NCBI GenBank assembly: GCA_964657755.1
Contig: CAZZWL010000009.1
Coordinates: forward strand, 239 to 64,238
From: an uncultured Rhodanobacter sp.
GTDB taxonomy: Bacteria > Bacteroidota > Bacteroidia > Cytophagales > Hymenobacteraceae
DNA: 64,000 nucleotides
Direction of reading: 5' to 3'
Shown: piece after piece, positions 18,209 to 28,696 of the stretch
Position numbering within the stretch: the first letter of the stretch is position 1
How the letters are laid out: each line of letters opens with the position of its first letter
The notes under the pieces: model-generated
The model's input: only the letters and a program-made list of their open reading frames with translations
Told to the model about the DNA's origin: nothing
The model's database searches: none
Program-made: the position numbers and the translations under genes

Positions 18209-20878
18209 CTACTCTTCTTCCAGGGTGCTGCCGCTGCTAAGGTCTTTTTCCACGTTGCGGGGGCGGCCGGTATAGCGGGCAGTGCTGCCGCTGCTAAGGT
18301 CGGCTTTCAGCTCGTCGATGGCGTTTACTTTGGCTTGCGAGGCACTGCTGAGGTCGAGCGATACCCGGTTGGCGCGCAGGTCCAGGGCTTCGACCAGGCT
18401 GGCGCTCGAGCCATCAATGTTCAACTCAGTAGCCGAGCCAGTGAGGTCGGCCGCGCTGGCGCTGCTCATTTGCAGCTCCAGGCGCGCCACGTTCACGTCG
18501 AGGCGCGCCGTAGAAGCGCCGGAAGCTTTAAGGCGCAGGTTTCCGTCGCGAAAGCCGCTGACGTCGGCCTGGCACGCGCCGCTCAGCTCCAGGTACTGCA
18601 GGCGGGGTAGGGTCACGGTAACCAGGATGGGCTGCGTATCGGAGCCAAGCACGGATAGCCAATCGCGGTTGCGGCGGTTGCGCAGCACCAGGCGGTCGCC
18701 GTTAACATTCAGGCGCACCTCGGCCAGCTCCTCGGGGCGGCCGGCGGCTTCTACTTTGTACGAGTCGCCCTGGCGCACCAGTACCCGAAAGCCTCCAAAG
18801 GCCTCTATCTCGTTGAATTCGCCGGGGCTGGTAATGCTTTTACGGCCGGTGCCATAGTGGCTAGGGTCCGTGTTGAACCGCGAAGGTGACGTGCGCACCC
18901 GGATTTTGGGTGTGTCACCGTTGGTGTTCACGCTCACCCGCGTCTTGCTGCCGGCCACGTCCACGTTCACTACCTCGTCGTTGTCATTGTCATTGTCCGC
19001 GTCGTCGCTGCCGCCGGGGGGGCAGTCCAGGCAGGCAAACTTACCCTCGCGGGTGAAGCGGGCCCGGTAGGCGCGGTCGCCGTCAGGGCGGTGGCCGCTG
19101 GTGAAGTCATCGCCATCGAGGTGCTCGATAAAGAGCGGCGTCAACCGGTAAATCTTATTCAGCGGCAGGTGCAGCGTCAGGGTCAGCTTCTGGTCGCGGA
19201 ACGGCGCGTTGCTTTTCAGCGTCGTGCCCTGGTCAAAGATGATGGTCGAGTCGCGCTGGCTGATGTTGTAATTAATGGTCTGTTGGGCCGTGAGGCGGGC
19301 GGCCTCCTCGGTGCGGCCCCGCGCCCGAAACTCTTCTTCCACAAAGGGCGCGGTGCCGCTGTCGGCCGGAGCCAGGTTCAGGTCAACCCACTGAAAATGG
19401 TCCTCCACATTGCGCGAGTCCAGCACGATGCCGGGGCCGGCAATGGGGGTAAGGCGCACGGTGGTAGTGTAGCTGTCTTTGGCCTGAAACTCGCGGGCCA
19501 CCTGCAAGCCGGCGGCGGCCGCGCCAATGCCTCCCAGCAGCCACAAGCCCAAGAGCGATAACCCTACCGTGCGGCTTACCAGCCAGCGCCGCATAATCAG
19601 GCGTAAGCCCAGTAGTATCAAAGCCAAGGCCGGGATGCCAGTGAACAAAAACCCGGCTACCGCGCCCCAGGGCTGAATATTGCGCACTACGGAGCCAAAG
19701 CCTTGGTCCCCAAACATGAAGCCGTTATTCGTGTGCTCTACGGCCGAGAAGGGAATGATGCTGAGGGCGGCGCCCAAGGCGACGAATACCGAAACCATCC
19801 AGGCGCCGCCGACGAAAATCAGCCAGAGCCCCACCGCCCAGCGAATGAGCGTGCCCAAAAAGCTCACGGCCGGCCGCGCCCCGCGCGCCGCGCTTTCCAG
19901 GTAGGTGCCGAGCGGCCGGTTGGGGGGGGTAGGGGCCGCGTCGCCATCCAGGGCGCTGCTGCGCAGGTTGTTGTCAATGCCCGAAAGCGTGACGGCGTCG
20001 CCGCGCATCTGCATTTTTTCCGACACCGTAAGCGCCTCCGGTACCACCACCCACAAGATGATGTATATAATGATAGTGGAGCCAAACGTGAGGAAGGCGC
20101 CCAGCAGAAACAGCACCCGCACCAGCACCACATCGGTGCGGAAGTAGGCGGCCAGGCCAGCGGCCACGCCGCCCACCTTGCCGGTGTCCACGTCGCGGAA
20201 GAGCTTGCGGCCCGTTAGCGACCCGCCAAAGTCGAGCGTGTCGATGGGGGTAGGGGCATCATCGCGCTTAGGCAGCGCTATCCACAAGATGCCGTAGAGC
20301 ACCAGCACTAAGCCAGGAAAATCGAAATCGCGGTCAAATAACCCCACCCCCGGAAACGGAAAGCGGTGGCGAAATAGATTGGGCAGCAGCACCAACGCCA
20401 GGAAAATCAAGCGCACCACCAGCGGGTTCACGCGGAAATACTGGGCCAGGCCGGCACACACGCCCGCAATCTTGCGGTGCGCCAGGTCGCGGTAGAGGCG
20501 GCGGGGCTGGCCATCGGCGGCTTGGCCACCAAAGGGGGGGGTAGGGCCGGTGCTGCGGCCATAGGCCCCGCCAGCGGCCGCCGGGTCGGCGTAGGCAGCC
20601 TCTTCCTCGTCGGGCTCGGGGGCAAAGTCGCTGACGCGGCCCATCTTGGCCGTCATCTCCTCCACGTCGGCCAGGGTGATAACCTGCTTGCTTACGGAGA
20701 GGCGCGCCGAAAACAGCTCGGCAATGCGACCCTCAATATCGGCCACGATTTCTTCGTGGCCCTGGTAGCTGGCAAAGTGCGCCTTCACCTCCTGGAGGTA
20801 GCGGCTAAGTACTTCATAGCCATCATCTTCAATGTGGAAGATGAGCCCCTGCAAATTGATGCTGATGTTCTTTTTCAT
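18209..20878 (-). CDS. PspC-domain membrane protein with C-terminal DUF2807 (GIN head)-like domain
   Basis: MKKNISINLQG N-terminus, two PspC repeats (LYRD...KIAGVCAGLA; LFRD...GGVAAGLA), TM region, and a beta-helix repeat C-terminus (LSGAC.A, ASGAS.A). Confidence 0.88.
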   Translation of the reverse strand: MKKNISINLQGLIFHIEDDGYEVLSRYLQEVKAHFASYQGHEEIVADIEGRIAELFSARLSVSKQVITLADVEEMTAKMGRVSDFAPEPDEEEAAYADPAAAGGAYGRSTGPTPPFGGQAADGQPRRLYRDLAHRKIAGVCAGLAQYFRVNPLVVRLIFLALVLLPNLFRHRFPFPGVGLFDRDFDFPGLVLVLYGILWIALPKRDDAPTPIDTLDFGGSLTGRKLFRDVDTGKVGGVAAGLAAYFRTDVVLVRVLFLLGAFLTFGSTIIIYIILWVVVPEALTVSEKMQMRGDAVTLSGIDNNLRSSALDGDAAPTPPNRPLGTYLESAARGARPAVSFLGTLIRWAVGLWLIFVGGAWMVSVFVALGAALSIIPFSAVEHTNNGFMFGDQGFGSVVRNIQPWGAVAGFLFTGIPALALILLGLRLIMRRWLVSRTVGLSLLGLWLLGGIGAAAAGLQVAREFQAKDSYTTTVRLTPIAGPGIVLDSRNVEDHFQWVDLNLAPADSGTAPFVEEEFRARGRTEEAARLTAQQTINYNISQRDSTIIFDQGTTLKSNAPFRDQKLTLTLHLPLNKIYRLTPLFIEHLDGDDFTSGHRPDGDRAYRARFTREGKFACLDCPPGGSDDADNDNDNDEVVNVDVAGSKTRVSVNTNGDTPKIRVRTSPSRFNTDPSHYGTGRKSITSPGEFNEIEAFGGFRVLVRQGDSYKVEAAGRPEELAEVRLNVNGDRLVLRNRRNRDWLSVLGSDTQPILVTVTLPRLQYLELSGACQADVSGFRDGNLRLKASGASTARLDVNVARLELQMSSASAADLTGSATELNIDGSSASLVEALDLRANRVSLDLSSASQAKVNAIDELKADLSSGSTARYTGRPRNVEKDLSSGSTLEEE

Positions 20879-20947
20879 GAGAAAGGCCGCAGGCGCGAAG
20901 CGCGGCAGTTTAGGCTGAGAAAGGTTGTTTGGCGAAAAAGAGAGGCA

Positions 20948-21286
20948 TTAAGCAGGGCGGCGGGGCTGGCGAATGATGCCCACCGAGACAGCCATCTCCT
21001 CCCAAGTCTGGCGCAGCTCTTCCAAAAACTGGCGGCCGGCCGCCGTGAGCGTGTAGTACTTGCGGGGCGGCCCCGAGGTCGATTCCTTCCACACGTAGTC
21101 GAGCAGGGCGGCATTCTTGAGGCGCGTGAGCAGGGGGTAGAGGGTGCCCTCCACCACAATCATGCGGGCGGCGGTGAGCTCCTCCAGCATGTCGCTGGCG
21201 TAGGCCTCCCCGCGGCCAATAATCTCCAGGATGCAGAATTCGAGGATGCCTTTGCGCATCTGCACCTGGGTGTTCTCTAGTTTCAT
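20948..21286 (-). CDS. PadR family transcriptional regulator
   Basis: QMRKGILEFCIL...EGTLYPLLTRLK...GPPRKYY.LT..G. Confidence 0.95.
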   Translation of the reverse strand: MKLENTQVQMRKGILEFCILEIIGRGEAYASDMLEELTAARMIVVEGTLYPLLTRLKNAALLDYVWKESTSGPPRKYYTLTAAGRQFLEELRQTWEEMAVSVGIIRQPRRPA

Positions 21287-21321
21287 GGGCGGTATGGGCT
21301 AGTAGTAGGTGAGGAACGGTA

Positions 21322-21356
21322 CAAATGTACAACGGGTACTTTGTATTGCATAATAC
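21322..21356 (-). promoter_or_regulatory. padR promoter with overlapping palindrome (possible operator)
   Basis: Minus strand TACATTTG (21322-21329). Palindrome GTATT-gcat-AATAC (21343-21356) lies over the expected -33 region. Confidence 0.45.
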
Positions 21357-21583
21357 TCGGTGTAAAAATTTTTGTTGTGCTGCTTCAACTTTTTTTTAGC
21401 CTTCCCTACCCCCACCTAATTCTTTCGTCCAATGCCAGTCGCCACCAATCCTACAAACGGCATGATAAGTGCGCGCCAGCCAGCCCACTGCGGCTTTTGG
21501 GCTTCGGCGGTGCGCCTGGCTACGCACTATCCGGCAGTAACTTGCGTTGCTGCTCCATCTGATTTTTCAATTATTAGTTTGCT

Positions 21584-22729
21584 ATGCTACAACTTTCCGC
21601 TGCAAGCCGCCCCTGGGCGGTAGGGTTGGGGCTGAGTGCGCTGCTGGGGCTGGCCGCCGCGCCCGCCGCCCGCGCCCAGACCAACACGCCCAAGTACAGC
21701 AACGAGTTTCTGAACCTGGGCGCCGGCGCCCGTTCGCTGGGCATGGGCAAAACCCAGGTGAGCCTGGCCGACGACGCCACCGCCGGCTACTGGAACCCTG
21801 CCGCCCTCACCAATATCAAGGCCAAGTACGACGGCGTGCTGATGCACTCCGAGCTGTTTTCGGGGGTAGTGAAGAACGACTATGCGGCCTTCGCCATGCC
21901 GCTGGATGACAAGAGCGCCATCGGCGTGACGCTGTTGCGCTCGGGTGTGGACAACATTGCCGATACCCGCTCGCTCATCAACGAGTACGGCTACATTCAG
22001 TACGATAAAATCACGTATTTCTCGGTGGCCGACTATGCGCTGCTGCTTTCCTACGCCCGCAAGCTGGGTCCCGAGGGCCTGAGCGTGGGCGGCAGCGCCA
22101 AGGTCATTTACCGCAATGTGGGCAGCTACGCCAACGCCTACGGCTTTGGCATCGACGTGGGCCTGCAATACAACCACAAAGGCTGGCGGCTGGGCCTGAT
22201 GGCGCGCGACATCACCACCACCTTCAACGCCTGGAGCATCGACGCCGATAAGTTCAAGGCCACTACGTTTCCGGGCGAGGCCATTCCGACCAACTCAACC
22301 GAGCTGACGCTGCCGCGCCTGGTGCTGGGCGCGGGCCGGCAGTTTAAGCTGCCCGCGCAGTTCACGGCCCTGGTGGCCGTGGACCTGGAAGCCACCACCG
22401 ACGGGCAGCGCAACACGCTCATCTCGGCCAAGCCCGTGAGCGTGGACCCGCGCGCCGGGGTGGAGTTTGGCTACCGCAACCTAGCCTTCCTGCGGGGGGG
22501 GGTAGGAAATTACCAGCAAATTCAAAACTTCGATTTGCAAAAGCAGTGGAAGGGCCAGTACAGCCTGGGCGCGGGCGTGGCCATCAGCGGCCTGCGCGTG
22601 GACCTGGCCTTGTCGCGCCTCGACGTGGGCGTGCAGGGCGGCTCATCTTCCCAAACCAACTCGCTCATCGTGAGCCTGGGCTACGGCCTGGGTAGCCGGG
22701 CCGGCGCAGGGCTGCCCAGCAGCAGGTAA
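21584..22729 (+). CDS. PorV-like outer-membrane beta-barrel (PorV2-type, T9SS shuttle paralogue)
   Basis: KYSNEFLNLGAGARSLGMG...D.TAGYWNPA.L N-terminal motif; sits directly upstream of a PorU-like gene. Confidence 0.85.
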   Translation: MLQLSAASRPWAVGLGLSALLGLAAAPAARAQTNTPKYSNEFLNLGAGARSLGMGKTQVSLADDATAGYWNPAALTNIKAKYDGVLMHSELFSGVVKNDYAAFAMPLDDKSAIGVTLLRSGVDNIADTRSLINEYGYIQYDKITYFSVADYALLLSYARKLGPEGLSVGGSAKVIYRNVGSYANAYGFGIDVGLQYNHKGWRLGLMARDITTTFNAWSIDADKFKATTFPGEAIPTNSTELTLPRLVLGAGRQFKLPAQFTALVAVDLEATTDGQRNTLISAKPVSVDPRAGVEFGYRNLAFLRGGVGNYQQIQNFDLQKQWKGQYSLGAGVAISGLRVDLALSRLDVGVQGGSSSQTNSLIVSLGYGLGSRAGAGLPSSR

Positions 22730-22778
22730 GCTGCGCGTTGCTGACTACTTATACTATAGTTGACTGATTAGCTGAGCT

Positions 22779-25700
22779 ATGAATAATTACTACCCCGCTG
22801 CCTGGCAGCAGTTAGTTGATAAAATAAAAACCGGCTGCGGCGCGTGCCTGCTCGCGCTGGCCTGCCTGCTGCTGAGCCCGGCAGCGCAGGCGCAGTCGGG
22901 GCCCTACGGCAACGAATGGATAGTGCCCGGCCAGACCTATTACAAAATGAAGGTGTGGCGCGATGGCCTCTACCGCCTCGACTACGCCTACCTGAGCAAG
23001 CTCAGCGGCATCGCGGGCGTGGCCCCCACGCAGCTGCAGCTGTGGCGGCGGGGTAAGGAAGTGGCTGTGTACCAGGGCGGCAACGCTACCGCACTCGACA
23101 ACACGACTTACCTCGAATTTTACGGCCAGCGCAACGATGGCGTGCTCGACCGCGACCTGTACAAGAAGCCCGCCGACCAGTCGCACCCGTTCTACAGCTT
23201 CTACACTGATACGGCGGCCTATTTCATCACCTGGAGCGCCGGCCGGCCCGGCAAGCGCATGGCCCAGCCGGTGGCGGCGGGGGGGGCGCCGCACGCCTGG
23301 CGCATGCAATCGGTACTGAAGGTCTACAACGACTGGTACATGGACGCGCCGGGTACCGATTACTATACGTGCCTGCCGTGGCTGGAAAAGGGCGAGGGAT
23401 TTTACTCGCACTATAATTTTACCGCCTCCGCCACCAACGACAGTTTGCTACGTGCGGTGGTGACGGCTCCGGCGTCTCCTCTGCCTACCGCGGAAGTGCT
23501 GATAGTAGGGGCCAGTATTCCGGGCAGCCCGGCGGGCCGGCACGTAACCAGCGTGGGCGTTATGCCTCCGGGGGGCGCCTACCGCGAACTGGGCGTGTTG
23601 ACCTACCAAAACTTTGATTTCCGGCGCCAGCGCGCCGTTTTGCAGCGGAGTGATATCAGCAGCGCCGGCCAAGTGGAGATAAATGCCAGGGTAGTGCCCG
23701 CCCCCGGTAGCAGTGGAATACCCGATGCCTGGCGCTACGGCTTCCTGCGCCTGACTGCCCCGCAGGAAAACCGCTGGTTTGCTGACCGGCGCAGCCTGTG
23801 GTTTCAAAACGATTCTTTACTGAGCGGGCTGGCCACCTACGAGATTGATAATATCCCGGCTACGGTCAACGGCTACGATATTCAGGACCCCTGGAATGTG
23901 CAGCGCATCGCGCCTACCCCAGCCCAAACGCTGGGTAGCACGGCCCAGCGCTATGTGTACCCCAGCGCCACGAACGCGCAAACGCGCCAGCTACTGCTGG
24001 CCGACGCGGCGCGGCCACTGGTGCCCGGCGCGCCGATTGCGGTGCGTTTCCGGACTATCGACCCGGTGAAGCCCACCTTTGTCATCATCACCCATCCCAA
24101 ACTCATGAAGGCGGCGGGCACGGAGCCCAACGCGGCCCGCGCCTACGCCAGCTACCGGGCTTCGGCGGCCGGGGGGAGGTACGATACGTTGATGGTGACG
24201 TCGCCGCTGCTTTACGACCAGTTTCACTACGGTGAGCGCTCGCTGCTGGCGCTGCGGCATTTCGCGCTGTGGCTGAATGCCGCCGCGCCCGCCACCCAAA
24301 CCAAATACCTGCTGCTGCTGGGTAAGGGCTTGCAGCCCGATGCCTACTACAACGACGACTCGCCCCCCACCACGACCCTGGGCCTGTCTGCTTATGCCAC
24401 AACCCGCTATTTGGGCGACCAGGGCGTGGACCTAGTGCCTATTTCGTCGCGGGCCTCCTCGGATAATATTCTCTCCAGCGACTGGCCGCACGATGACTAC
24501 CGCGCCCGGCTACCTACCGGGCGGGTAGTTGCCGCTACCCCCCAGGAAGTGATGGACTACCTCAACAAGCTGAAGGAACACGAGGCGCTTGGGCCGGAAA
24601 GCTGGCGCAAAAACGTAGTGCACCTGGTAGGGGGTGAAAGTGCCTCGGATTTTCAGGAGTTTGGGGGCTACCTGGATAAATACAAGCAAATTATTGAGCG
24701 GCCACTATTTGGCGGGCAGGTGAAAACCTTGCGGCGCACCACGCTCGGCCTGCCGATAAGTACGTCTATCTCGACGGAGCTCAATGAGGGCCTGTCGCTT
24801 ATTTCTTATTTCGGGCACGGCTCCACCAACACCTTCGATTTAAACATCGGCGATATCAATGACCCAGTTAACAACTACCGTAACGCAGGTCGCTACCCCG
24901 TGATGATGTATGATGGCTGCGATGCGGGTGCTTGCTTTTTCAACGCCCGCTCGTTTGGGGTCAACTGGCTGCTGGCGCCTAACAAAGGTGCCATCGGAGT
25001 GTTGGCCCAGACGGACTTTGCGTACGCCTACCTACTTGACCCGGCCCAGAGCCTGCTGCACCAGCTCTTGTTTAACAACCCCGTCTGGTTTGGGCGGCCC
25101 GTGCCAGAGGTGCGCGACGAAGTAGTGCGCCGCCTGCAAGGCGCGGTGCCTTTCCTCGACGCAAATACGGGAGCAATAACTCCGGTGGGAGCCGCCAGCC
25201 TGCTGACCACGCTGTGGCAGGGCGACCCGGCGCTGCGACTCTACGCGCCCGCCAAGCCCGATTTCGTGGCCGCTGGCGTGTCGATGACGCCTACCACGGT
25301 AGTCGCTACGGCCACCAGCTTTCAGCTTAACATTGCCGTGAGCAACCCCGCGCGCATCACCTTCGACTCAATTGAGGTCCGCATTACGCGCAGCTATGCG
25401 GCGCAGAATGGCGCTGCCGCCCGCAAATCGGACATCATTCTCAGGACTTTCCGCCAGGCCTGGCAGCGCGACACCACCTACACGGTCACCATTCCCAACT
25501 CGGGCAACGTGTTCGGAACCAATAAATTTTTAGTCGAACTGGACTATCGCAACAAGGTGGCTGAGCTGAGCGAAACCAATAATTCGGCCGAGCTATCGTA
25601 CACGTTCCTGCAAGGCGGCCTCACGCAGCTCACGCCCACCGAGTTCGCGATTGTGGCCACGCCTACCCCCCGGCTGGTAGCCCAAAGCAACGACCCAGCC

Positions 25701-28043
25701 TCGGCCACGCGCGGGTATGACTTTCAGGTTGACTCCGTGGCTACGTTTGATAGCAAAGGCCTGCAGGCCAAGCTCAACGTGCAGGCGGCGGCCGTGGCCA
25801 GCTGGAACCCGGCGGCCCTGCTGCCGGCGGCCGGCCGCGACTCGGTGGTGTGGTACTGGCGTGTGCGCTTCACTACCCCCTCGGCCCAGGAGGATGGCAG
25901 CTGGAAAGTGAGCTCCTTCCGCGTTATCAGCAAAGCCCTGACGGGCGGGTGGTCGCAGAGCCACAACGGGCAATTCAACCGGGACCAACTACAAAATGTG
26001 GCGGTGTCGACGCCGGGCAACCGCTGGAAATTTGCGGATAAACAGCAGGCCTTGCAGCTGCGCACCGTGGGCGGCGGGGGCGTGGGCAGTGGTGCTACGT
26101 TCAATGTCAATAGCGGCTACGGTATTTTCACCGATGCCAGCCAAGTGCCTTTTGTGGCCGATTGTGGCATTAATTCGCCCAATCTGTTGGTAGTTGTGCT
26201 TGACGAGCATTCCCTTAAGCGCCTGACCGTTACGCAGGGCGGCCCTTACCTCACCTGCGGGCAGGGTAGCCAGATGTTCTACCACTTTGCTACCCAGAAT
26301 GACACGCTCGATAACCTCAACAACAGCGCGGCGCGGCAGGCGCAGCTCAAAACGTTTTTGAGCAACGTGCCCGATGGCGCTTACGTGGCCCTCATCAGCG
26401 AAAACCGGCTGCGCTACGCCAGCCTGCTGCCCGTGCTGGGCAATTCGTTTTCGACCGCGCTGGGCAGCCAGCTTATCACGCAGCTTAAAAACGGCGACCC
26501 GTGGGCGCTGGTGGCGCAGAAGCGCGCCAGTGGGGGCCGCCTGATTCAGGAAATGGGCCCCGACCGGAGCCTGGCCCAGGCGAGCTACGGCCAGACCGTT
26601 AGCCTGAGTACCATGCTGGCTATCCCCGGCCAGGCCGGCAGCGTCACCAGCACGCTCATCGGCCCCGCCCAGAAGTGGCAAACGCTGTACAATACCATCC
26701 GGCGCGAAACGGCCACTTCCGGCTACACGCTGGTGCTGTCGGGCGTTGATGCCACCGGCAAGGCCACGGTGCTGAACCCCAATGTGGGCCAGCAGCCCGT
26801 CGACCTGAGTGGCTACTCGACCGCTACCTACCCCTACATGCAGCTGCAGCTGGCCCTGCGCGACTCCGTGAACCGCACGCCGCCGCAGCTCAAGCAGTGG
26901 CTCATCACCTACAAGGGCTTGCCCGAGGGCGTGGTGCGCCGCGACCTGGTAGCCACGGCCGTGTATGACACGGCGCGGCTTAAAAGCCAGGCCCTTAACA
27001 CGGGGGTTATTAGCTTCCCGGTAAAGTTTGATAACGTGTCGCAGGAGGCCTTTGCCAGCCGCTTGTTGGTGCAGGTGCAGCTTATGAACGTGGCTACGGG
27101 CCTGCCAGTGGCCAGCACTACCAAGCTGCTGACGGCCCCCCGCGACCTGGGCGCCAACGACAGCGTGCTGACCGTGACCGTGAGCCTGAACGTGAAGGGT
27201 CTGTTCGGCCGGTTCGTGCCGCGCGTGTTCGTCAATCCGTCAGTTAGCCCACCGCTGGTACAGCAGCCCGAGCTTTATTACTTTAATAATGAGCTGGTGC
27301 TGAATGCCTTTACCATCCTGGATAGCAGCGTGCCGCCTACCCTCGACGTGGCCGTTGATGGCCGCCACATCCTGGATGGCGAGCTGGTGTCGCCCACACC
27401 GGTGGTCAGCATCCAGCTGAAAGACAGCGATAAAGTGCGCCACATCACGAAGGCGTCCAACTTTACGGTGTTTTTGCAGGGCCCCGGCCAGGCCACCGCC
27501 ACCGCCATCGACGTGAATGGCCCGCTGGTGCATTTCAGCGTGGACAGCACGGCCGGCAGCGTAGCCCGACTAGAGTTCAACCCCAGCAAGCTGGCCGATG
27601 GCGTATACACGCTGCGCGTGCAGGGCCGCAACGGGGCCAGTGCCAGCGCCGCCGCCCAGGACTTCCAGGTGAAATTTGAGGTGGTGAATGCCTCGACTAT
27701 TACCAACGTCTTTCCCTACCCCAACCCCGTGACCAGCAAGGCGCGCTTCGTGTTTACGGTGACGGGCCAGGAGCTGCCGCGCAACATGAAAATCCAGATT
27801 ATGACCCTCACCGGCCGGGTCGTGCGCGAGATTTTCATGAGTGAGCTCGGGCCGCTGCACATCGGCAACAACATCACGGACTATGCCTGGGACGGCACCG
27901 ACCAGTACGGCGACCGCCTGGCCAACGGCACCTACCTCTACCGCGTCTCGCTCGACCAGTCTGGCGGCACGTTCGAGCGGCGCGCCACGGCCGGCGACCA
28001 GGCCTTCAAAAACGACTGGGGCAAGTTGGTGCTGCTACGATAG
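22779..28043 (+). CDS. C25 (gingipain-like) peptidase, PorU2-type T9SS sortase paralogue
   Basis: YGNEWI N-terminus, SYFGHG and YDGC catalytic His/Cys, CARDB-like region, and T9SS-type C-terminal domain (YPNP...IMTLTGRVV...NGTYLYR). Confidence 0.87.
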   Translation: MNNYYPAAWQQLVDKIKTGCGACLLALACLLLSPAAQAQSGPYGNEWIVPGQTYYKMKVWRDGLYRLDYAYLSKLSGIAGVAPTQLQLWRRGKEVAVYQGGNATALDNTTYLEFYGQRNDGVLDRDLYKKPADQSHPFYSFYTDTAAYFITWSAGRPGKRMAQPVAAGGAPHAWRMQSVLKVYNDWYMDAPGTDYYTCLPWLEKGEGFYSHYNFTASATNDSLLRAVVTAPASPLPTAEVLIVGASIPGSPAGRHVTSVGVMPPGGAYRELGVLTYQNFDFRRQRAVLQRSDISSAGQVEINARVVPAPGSSGIPDAWRYGFLRLTAPQENRWFADRRSLWFQNDSLLSGLATYEIDNIPATVNGYDIQDPWNVQRIAPTPAQTLGSTAQRYVYPSATNAQTRQLLLADAARPLVPGAPIAVRFRTIDPVKPTFVIITHPKLMKAAGTEPNAARAYASYRASAAGGRYDTLMVTSPLLYDQFHYGERSLLALRHFALWLNAAAPATQTKYLLLLGKGLQPDAYYNDDSPPTTTLGLSAYATTRYLGDQGVDLVPISSRASSDNILSSDWPHDDYRARLPTGRVVAATPQEVMDYLNKLKEHEALGPESWRKNVVHLVGGESASDFQEFGGYLDKYKQIIERPLFGGQVKTLRRTTLGLPISTSISTELNEGLSLISYFGHGSTNTFDLNIGDINDPVNNYRNAGRYPVMMYDGCDAGACFFNARSFGVNWLLAPNKGAIGVLAQTDFAYAYLLDPAQSLLHQLLFNNPVWFGRPVPEVRDEVVRRLQGAVPFLDANTGAITPVGAASLLTTLWQGDPALRLYAPAKPDFVAAGVSMTPTTVVATATSFQLNIAVSNPARITFDSIEVRITRSYAAQNGAAARKSDIILRTFRQAWQRDTTYTVTIPNSGNVFGTNKFLVELDYRNKVAELSETNNSAELSYTFLQGGLTQLTPTEFAIVATPTPRLVAQSNDPASATRGYDFQVDSVATFDSKGLQAKLNVQAAAVASWNPAALLPAAGRDSVVWYWRVRFTTPSAQEDGSWKVSSFRVISKALTGGWSQSHNGQFNRDQLQNVAVSTPGNRWKFADKQQALQLRTVGGGGVGSGATFNVNSGYGIFTDASQVPFVADCGINSPNLLVVVLDEHSLKRLTVTQGGPYLTCGQGSQMFYHFATQNDTLDNLNNSAARQAQLKTFLSNVPDGAYVALISENRLRYASLLPVLGNSFSTALGSQLITQLKNGDPWALVAQKRASGGRLIQEMGPDRSLAQASYGQTVSLSTMLAIPGQAGSVTSTLIGPAQKWQTLYNTIRRETATSGYTLVLSGVDATGKATVLNPNVGQQPVDLSGYSTATYPYMQLQLALRDSVNRTPPQLKQWLITYKGLPEGVVRRDLVATAVYDTARLKSQALNTGVISFPVKFDNVSQEAFASRLLVQVQLMNVATGLPVASTTKLLTAPRDLGANDSVLTVTVSLNVKGLFGRFVPRVFVNPSVSPPLVQQPELYYFNNELVLNAFTILDSSVPPTLDVAVDGRHILDGELVSPTPVVSIQLKDSDKVRHITKASNFTVFLQGPGQATATAIDVNGPLVHFSVDSTAGSVARLEFNPSKLADGVYTLRVQGRNGASASAAAQDFQVKFEVVNASTITNVFPYPNPVTSKARFVFTVTGQELPRNMKIQIMTLTGRVVREIFMSELGPLHIGNNITDYAWDGTDQYGDRLANGTYLYRVSLDQSGGTFERRATAGDQAFKNDWGKLVLLR

Positions 28044-28055
28044 GTAGCAAGGTGA

Positions 28056-28110
28056 CAGTCCCAAAAAGGGGGGTAGTACCATACGGTGCTACCCCCCCTT
28101 TTTGGGACTG
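28056..28110. terminator. Bidirectional terminator made from an inverted GGGGGTAG pair
   Basis: CAGTCCCAAAAAGGGGGGTAGTACC-atac-GGTGCTACCCCCCCTTTTTGGGACTG between convergent porU2 and folA. Confidence 0.8.
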
Positions 28111-28122
28111 ATAAGGCCTGTT

Positions 28123-28620
28123 TTACCGCCGCCGCAGCGTCACGAAGCTGTAGGCGAGCGCGTTTTTAGCGTCGGGCTCGTGGCGCTCGCGGGTTTCCTC
28201 GCGCCAGTCGGTGGGCGAGAGGGTAGGGAAGAAGGTATCGCCATCGGGCACGGTGGTGTGCACTTCGGTGAGGTACACGATATCAGCGGCGGGTAGGGCC
28301 TGGCGGTAGATTTCGCCCCCGCCAATGATGCAAACCTCCTCGCCGCCGGGCTGCGCGGCGGCCAGCGCCAACGCCTCGGGCAGCGAGTTGGCCAGCAGCA
28401 CGCCCGCCGGCGCCGGCCAGCTGGGCGTGCTGGTAATCACGATATTGGCCCGGCTGGGCAGGGGCCGCCCAATGCTCTCAAACGTGCGCCGGCCCATCAC
28501 GACGGGGTGGCCCAGGGTATGCAGCTTAAAGTGCTTAAGGTCGGCCGGCAGGTGCCAGGGCAACTGGCCCTGCCGGCCGATTACGCCATTCTCAGCGGCA
28601 GCTACGATAATAGAAACCAT
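28123..28620 (-). CDS. folA: Dihydrofolate reductase
   Basis: VIG..GQLPWHLPADLKHFK, VMGRRTFESIGRPLP.R.N, IIGGGEIY, GDTFFP. Confidence 0.96.
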   Translation of the reverse strand: MVSIIVAAAENGVIGRQGQLPWHLPADLKHFKLHTLGHPVVMGRRTFESIGRPLPSRANIVITSTPSWPAPAGVLLANSLPEALALAAAQPGGEEVCIIGGGEIYRQALPAADIVYLTEVHTTVPDGDTFFPTLSPTDWREETRERHEPDAKNALAYSFVTLRRR

Positions 28621-28696
28621 ATTTTCAATGAGCAATTAACAGTGAGCAAGTAGCAATTGTGAAAAGCTCCTCACAACCCGCTGAGTTTTCCCGTGC

